Source: Naegleria gruberi | Lineage: Eukaryota | DNA: 1,476 nt | Direction: 5' to 3' (one strand) | NCBI GenBank assembly: GCA_000004985.1 | Contig: GG739410.1 | Shown: in pieces, positions 1 through 1,476 of the stretch | How positions within the stretch are numbered: the first letter of the stretch is position 1 | Layout of the letters: each line of letters begins with the position of its first letter | The notes under the pieces: model-generated | The model's input: the letters and a program-made list of their open reading frames with translations, nothing else | Database searches by the model: none | Told to the model about the DNA's origin: nothing | Position numbers and translations under genes: made by a program

Positions 1-116
1 ATAATTGTCTTAATTTGTGAGAAAAATTCTGAAACAAAAATCTGTCAAAAATGGCATAATCATCTCAGGAAAGACACCTTCTGTTTAAAATTTTTCTCTC
101 AAATTAAGACAATTAT
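1..116. repeat. Imperfect inverted repeat. Left arm 1-20 is ATAATTGTCTTAATTTGTGA and right arm 97-116 is TCTCAAATTAAGACAATTAT. The arms are 19/20 complementary, and the core 1-17 / 100-116 is a perfect 17-mer. The spacer is 76 bp and A/T-rich. The left arm abuts the window edge, so the repeat may extend upstream.
   Basis: I reverse-complemented 1-20 by hand and it matches 97-116 with one mismatch at position 18/99. A third ATTGT core in direct orientation sits at 119-123. Confidence 0.7.
52..60 (+). promoter_or_regulatory. Possible extended -10 element TGgCATAAT inside the inverted-repeat spacer. No convincing -35 is found. This is speculative.
   Basis: TG at 52-53, one base, then CATAAT at 55-60, which matches TATAAT at 5 of 6 positions. 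The nearest TTGACA-like hexamers are poorly spaced (19-22 bp). An alternative -10-like TGTAAT lies at 122-127. Confidence 0.2.
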
Positions 117-152
117 CATATTGTAATCTTTAGAAAATAAATTAGAAAAAAA

Positions 153-728
153 ATGCAATTGCGTCAGTATGATAATTTAGAAGATAAAGGAAATATTAAA
201 TTTACGAGTACACTATCCTTTCCTTTCACTGAACGAGCTGTCATGCGGTGTGTTGTTCTTGGCAGACACACGCAACCAACTGCAATAGCAAGAAAGAAGT
301 TTTGGTCAAATATTCCCTTATATAACTGCACAAATCTGTCAGTTTATGATTATATAAAATTAATTGCAGACCATCATGGTATTCCCCTTATTAGAGGCTA
401 CAAAGTTTATGTGTGGAACAAAACCAAGTACTTTGATTTCAATATAGAAAAAGTCAAGGAATCATACACTGATGAAAAGTTGTTTAATGAGTTGCAAACT
501 TTGAAATTCCAGAATATAATGAATGGGAACTATGTTCAAGAGTTGGTTCATAGTGATAAATCTGTTCTTCTTACAGATTTTTTCCAAATGGGAACCTTTA
601 GTGCTAAAAATCTTGACTGCTTCCTTATTGTTCACAAGATACAACAAGATGCAAAGAAAGAGTTATGGGATTTGTTTGTTGATATTGTAAGTTCAATTTC
701 TTTCTCTGATATTTATTCATCCATTTAG
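153..728 (+). CDS. Hypothetical protein of 191 aa with no family recognised. It is soluble-looking, with no signal peptide, no TM segment and no nucleotide-binding motif that I can see. It may be the N-terminal domain of a larger protease-containing protein (see findings).
   Basis: ORF from the supplied track. ATG 153 is the first start after the in-frame TAA at 138-140. It is preceded by a 12-nt pure-A tract rather than a Shine-Dalgarno sequence. Third codon positions are strongly A/T-biased, consistent with the rest of the window. The stop is TAG at 726-728. Confidence 0.6.
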   Translation: MQLRQYDNLEDKGNIKFTSTLSFPFTERAVMRCVVLGRHTQPTAIARKKFWSNIPLYNCTNLSVYDYIKLIADHHGIPLIRGYKVYVWNKTKYFDFNIEKVKESYTDEKLFNELQTLKFQNIMNGNYVQELVHSDKSVLLTDFFQMGTFSAKNLDCFLIVHKIQQDAKKELWDLFVDIVSSISFSDIYSSI

Positions 729-905
729 GAGAACAATGAAAACCAAACTAATCAACCTTCTTTAGCTGGAGGTAGAGGGACGAATCAACACGATAACAAA
801 GATAAAAAGAAAGCTAAAAATAGTCAAAACCTTATCTCACCTTATTCCGGGAGAAAAGAAATCAAAGACTTGTGGGAAAAATTGCAATCTGGAGGTGCTG
901 GAGAA
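729..905 (+). other. In-frame open segment immediately after the ORF1 stop. It is 59 codons long and contains no stop and no ATG or GTG. It encodes a polar low-complexity peptide, ENNENQTNQPSLAGGRGTNQHDNKDKRKAKNSQNLISPYSGRKEIKDLWEKLQSGGAGE. This is a candidate inter-domain linker of a gene interrupted by the TAG.
   Basis: Hand translation of frame 0 (same frame as 153-728). The first conceivable starts are TTG 870 and TTG 882. Codon third positions are A/T-rich like the flanking coding sequence. Confidence 0.4.
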
Positions 906-1476
906 GTGTATGACTTGAATAATGTAGTGTTACCTGATACACCTAAACCCCAATTTAACACTGCAAAGTTAGGATCAGAGAAACTACGTAGATTAATGGC
1001 TAGTACTGTTACTCGTTGTAACAAGGTCAATGGTACAGTTTTCCAAATTCGTGACACAATAATTAATGAAATTGGACACGGATTTTTCATATCTCCCTCA
1101 CACTTAGTTACATGTATCCATAACCTTCGTTTAGATAAACCAGATGAAATTGTGAAAGATATGACGGTTGAAAATGAGCTGTATATTTCATTCACGAACC
1201 AAACTGTGAAGACCAACTATAAGTTGCTTTATCCTAAAAAACTGAATGAAACAGTTTACAATGATTTCGACAATCTAGACGTTGCAATCTTAGAACTTGA
1301 TTTGACTGCCAAAGTGGAAAACAAAATTGACATATTTGACACTCCCACAGTTAATTTTATGAAATTTATTAATGATGCTGGAATTGTTATTAATCCAAAC
1401 CATCCATCTCTTCAACCGTCAGTTATTTATTATTATGATAATAATGATCCCTCTACACTTAATGAATCCATTCATG
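906..1476 (+). CDS. Trypsin-like (chymotrypsin-fold, S1 / Trypsin_2-type) serine peptidase, 5' partial. It runs off the window end. The start is uncertain. GTG 906 is chosen because GGAGG at 891-895 sits 10 nt upstream. Alternatives are TTG 870, ATG 996, or no own start at all if the frame is continuous with 153-728.
   Basis: Frame 0 is open from 729 to 1476. The motif NGTVFQIRDTIINEIGHGFFISPSHLVTCIHNL (1029-1127) resembles the GxGF...LVT(A/C)xH catalytic-His region of S1 peptidases. The motif NDFDNLDVAILELD (1260-1301) resembles the D[IV]A[LIV]L catalytic-Asp motif. The His-to-Asp spacing is 53 residues. No signal peptide is present at any candidate N-terminus. Confidence 0.55.
   Translation, partial: MYDLNNVVLPDTPKPQFNTAKLGSEKLRRLMASTVTRCNKVNGTVFQIRDTIINEIGHGFFISPSHLVTCIHNLRLDKPDEIVKDMTVENELYISFTNQTVKTNYKLLYPKKLNETVYNDFDNLDVAILELDLTAKVENKIDIFDTPTVNFMKFINDAGIVINPNHPSLQPSVIYYYDNNDPSTLNESIH

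Noticed and set aside
63-95. Possible intrinsic terminator of an upstream gene: weak hairpin CAGGA...TCTG followed by TTTAAAATTTTT
   Set aside because: The stem is only about 5 bp with a G-U pair and low GC. The T-run is interrupted by AAAA. That is too weak to call from sequence alone.
1-116. Riboswitch or structured leader RNA with the inverted repeat as a P1 stem
   Set aside because: The 76-nt interior is A-rich with almost no G/C and no internal helices that I can build. It is not aptamer-like.
462-647. Minus-strand 61-aa ORF from the supplied track
   Set aside because: It is short, fully embedded antisense within ORF1, and has no independent support.
736-765. Programmed -1 ribosomal frameshift from the mini-ORF into the peptidase frame
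   Set aside because: There is no X-XXY-YYZ slippery heptamer in the mini-ORF (AUG AAA ACC AAA CUA ...), and no obvious downstream stimulatory structure. An indel or simple coupling is more parsimonious.
842-1216. Minus-strand 124-aa ORF from the supplied track
   Set aside because: It lies entirely antisense to the peptidase coding region, whose plus-strand frame carries clear S1 catalytic motifs. It has no recognisable features of its own and no start context that I can see. It is an antisense shadow ORF.
153-1476. Translation-table 4 (TGA=Trp, Mollicutes-like) context, suggested by the very low GC
   Set aside because: All four Trp codons in the coding frame are TGG, and there is no in-frame TGA anywhere in the 441-codon frame. 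Code 4 genomes use TGA heavily for Trp.
1-1476. CRISPR array, tRNA/rRNA, or transposase/integrase genes
   Set aside because: No direct repeats with regular spacing, no cloverleaf-capable GC-rich segments, and no additional long ORFs in any frame.

Overview
This is an AT-rich window of about 30% GC by eye. Codon usage looks like the standard code: all four Trp codons are TGG and there is no in-frame TGA. There are three parts. (1) A 152-bp non-coding leader at 1-152 carries a near-perfect 20-bp inverted repeat, 1-20 against 97-116, around a 76-bp A/T-rich spacer. (2) A complete 191-aa ORF at 153-728 (+) ends in TAG; I cannot place it in a family from sequence alone. (3) Directly after that TAG, in the same reading frame, an open frame runs without a stop from 729 to the window end (249 codons). 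It encodes an N/Q/K/G-rich linker-like stretch and then the N-terminal part of a chymotrypsin-fold serine peptidase (S1 / Trypsin_2-like). The catalytic His motif (LVTCIHN, His codon 1119-1121) and Asp motif (DVAILELD, Asp codon 1278-1280) are clear. The Ser motif should lie beyond the window. The notable feature is the architecture: unknown N-terminal domain, then linker, then a cytoplasmic trypsin-like peptidase, all in one frame and broken only by a single amber codon. No canonical start codon follows that amber codon for 47 codons. I see no rRNA, tRNA, CRISPR, transposase or integrase. The two minus-strand ORFs in the supplied track look like antisense shadows of the plus-strand coding regions. 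I cannot assign an organism. Every functional statement beyond the motifs is inference.
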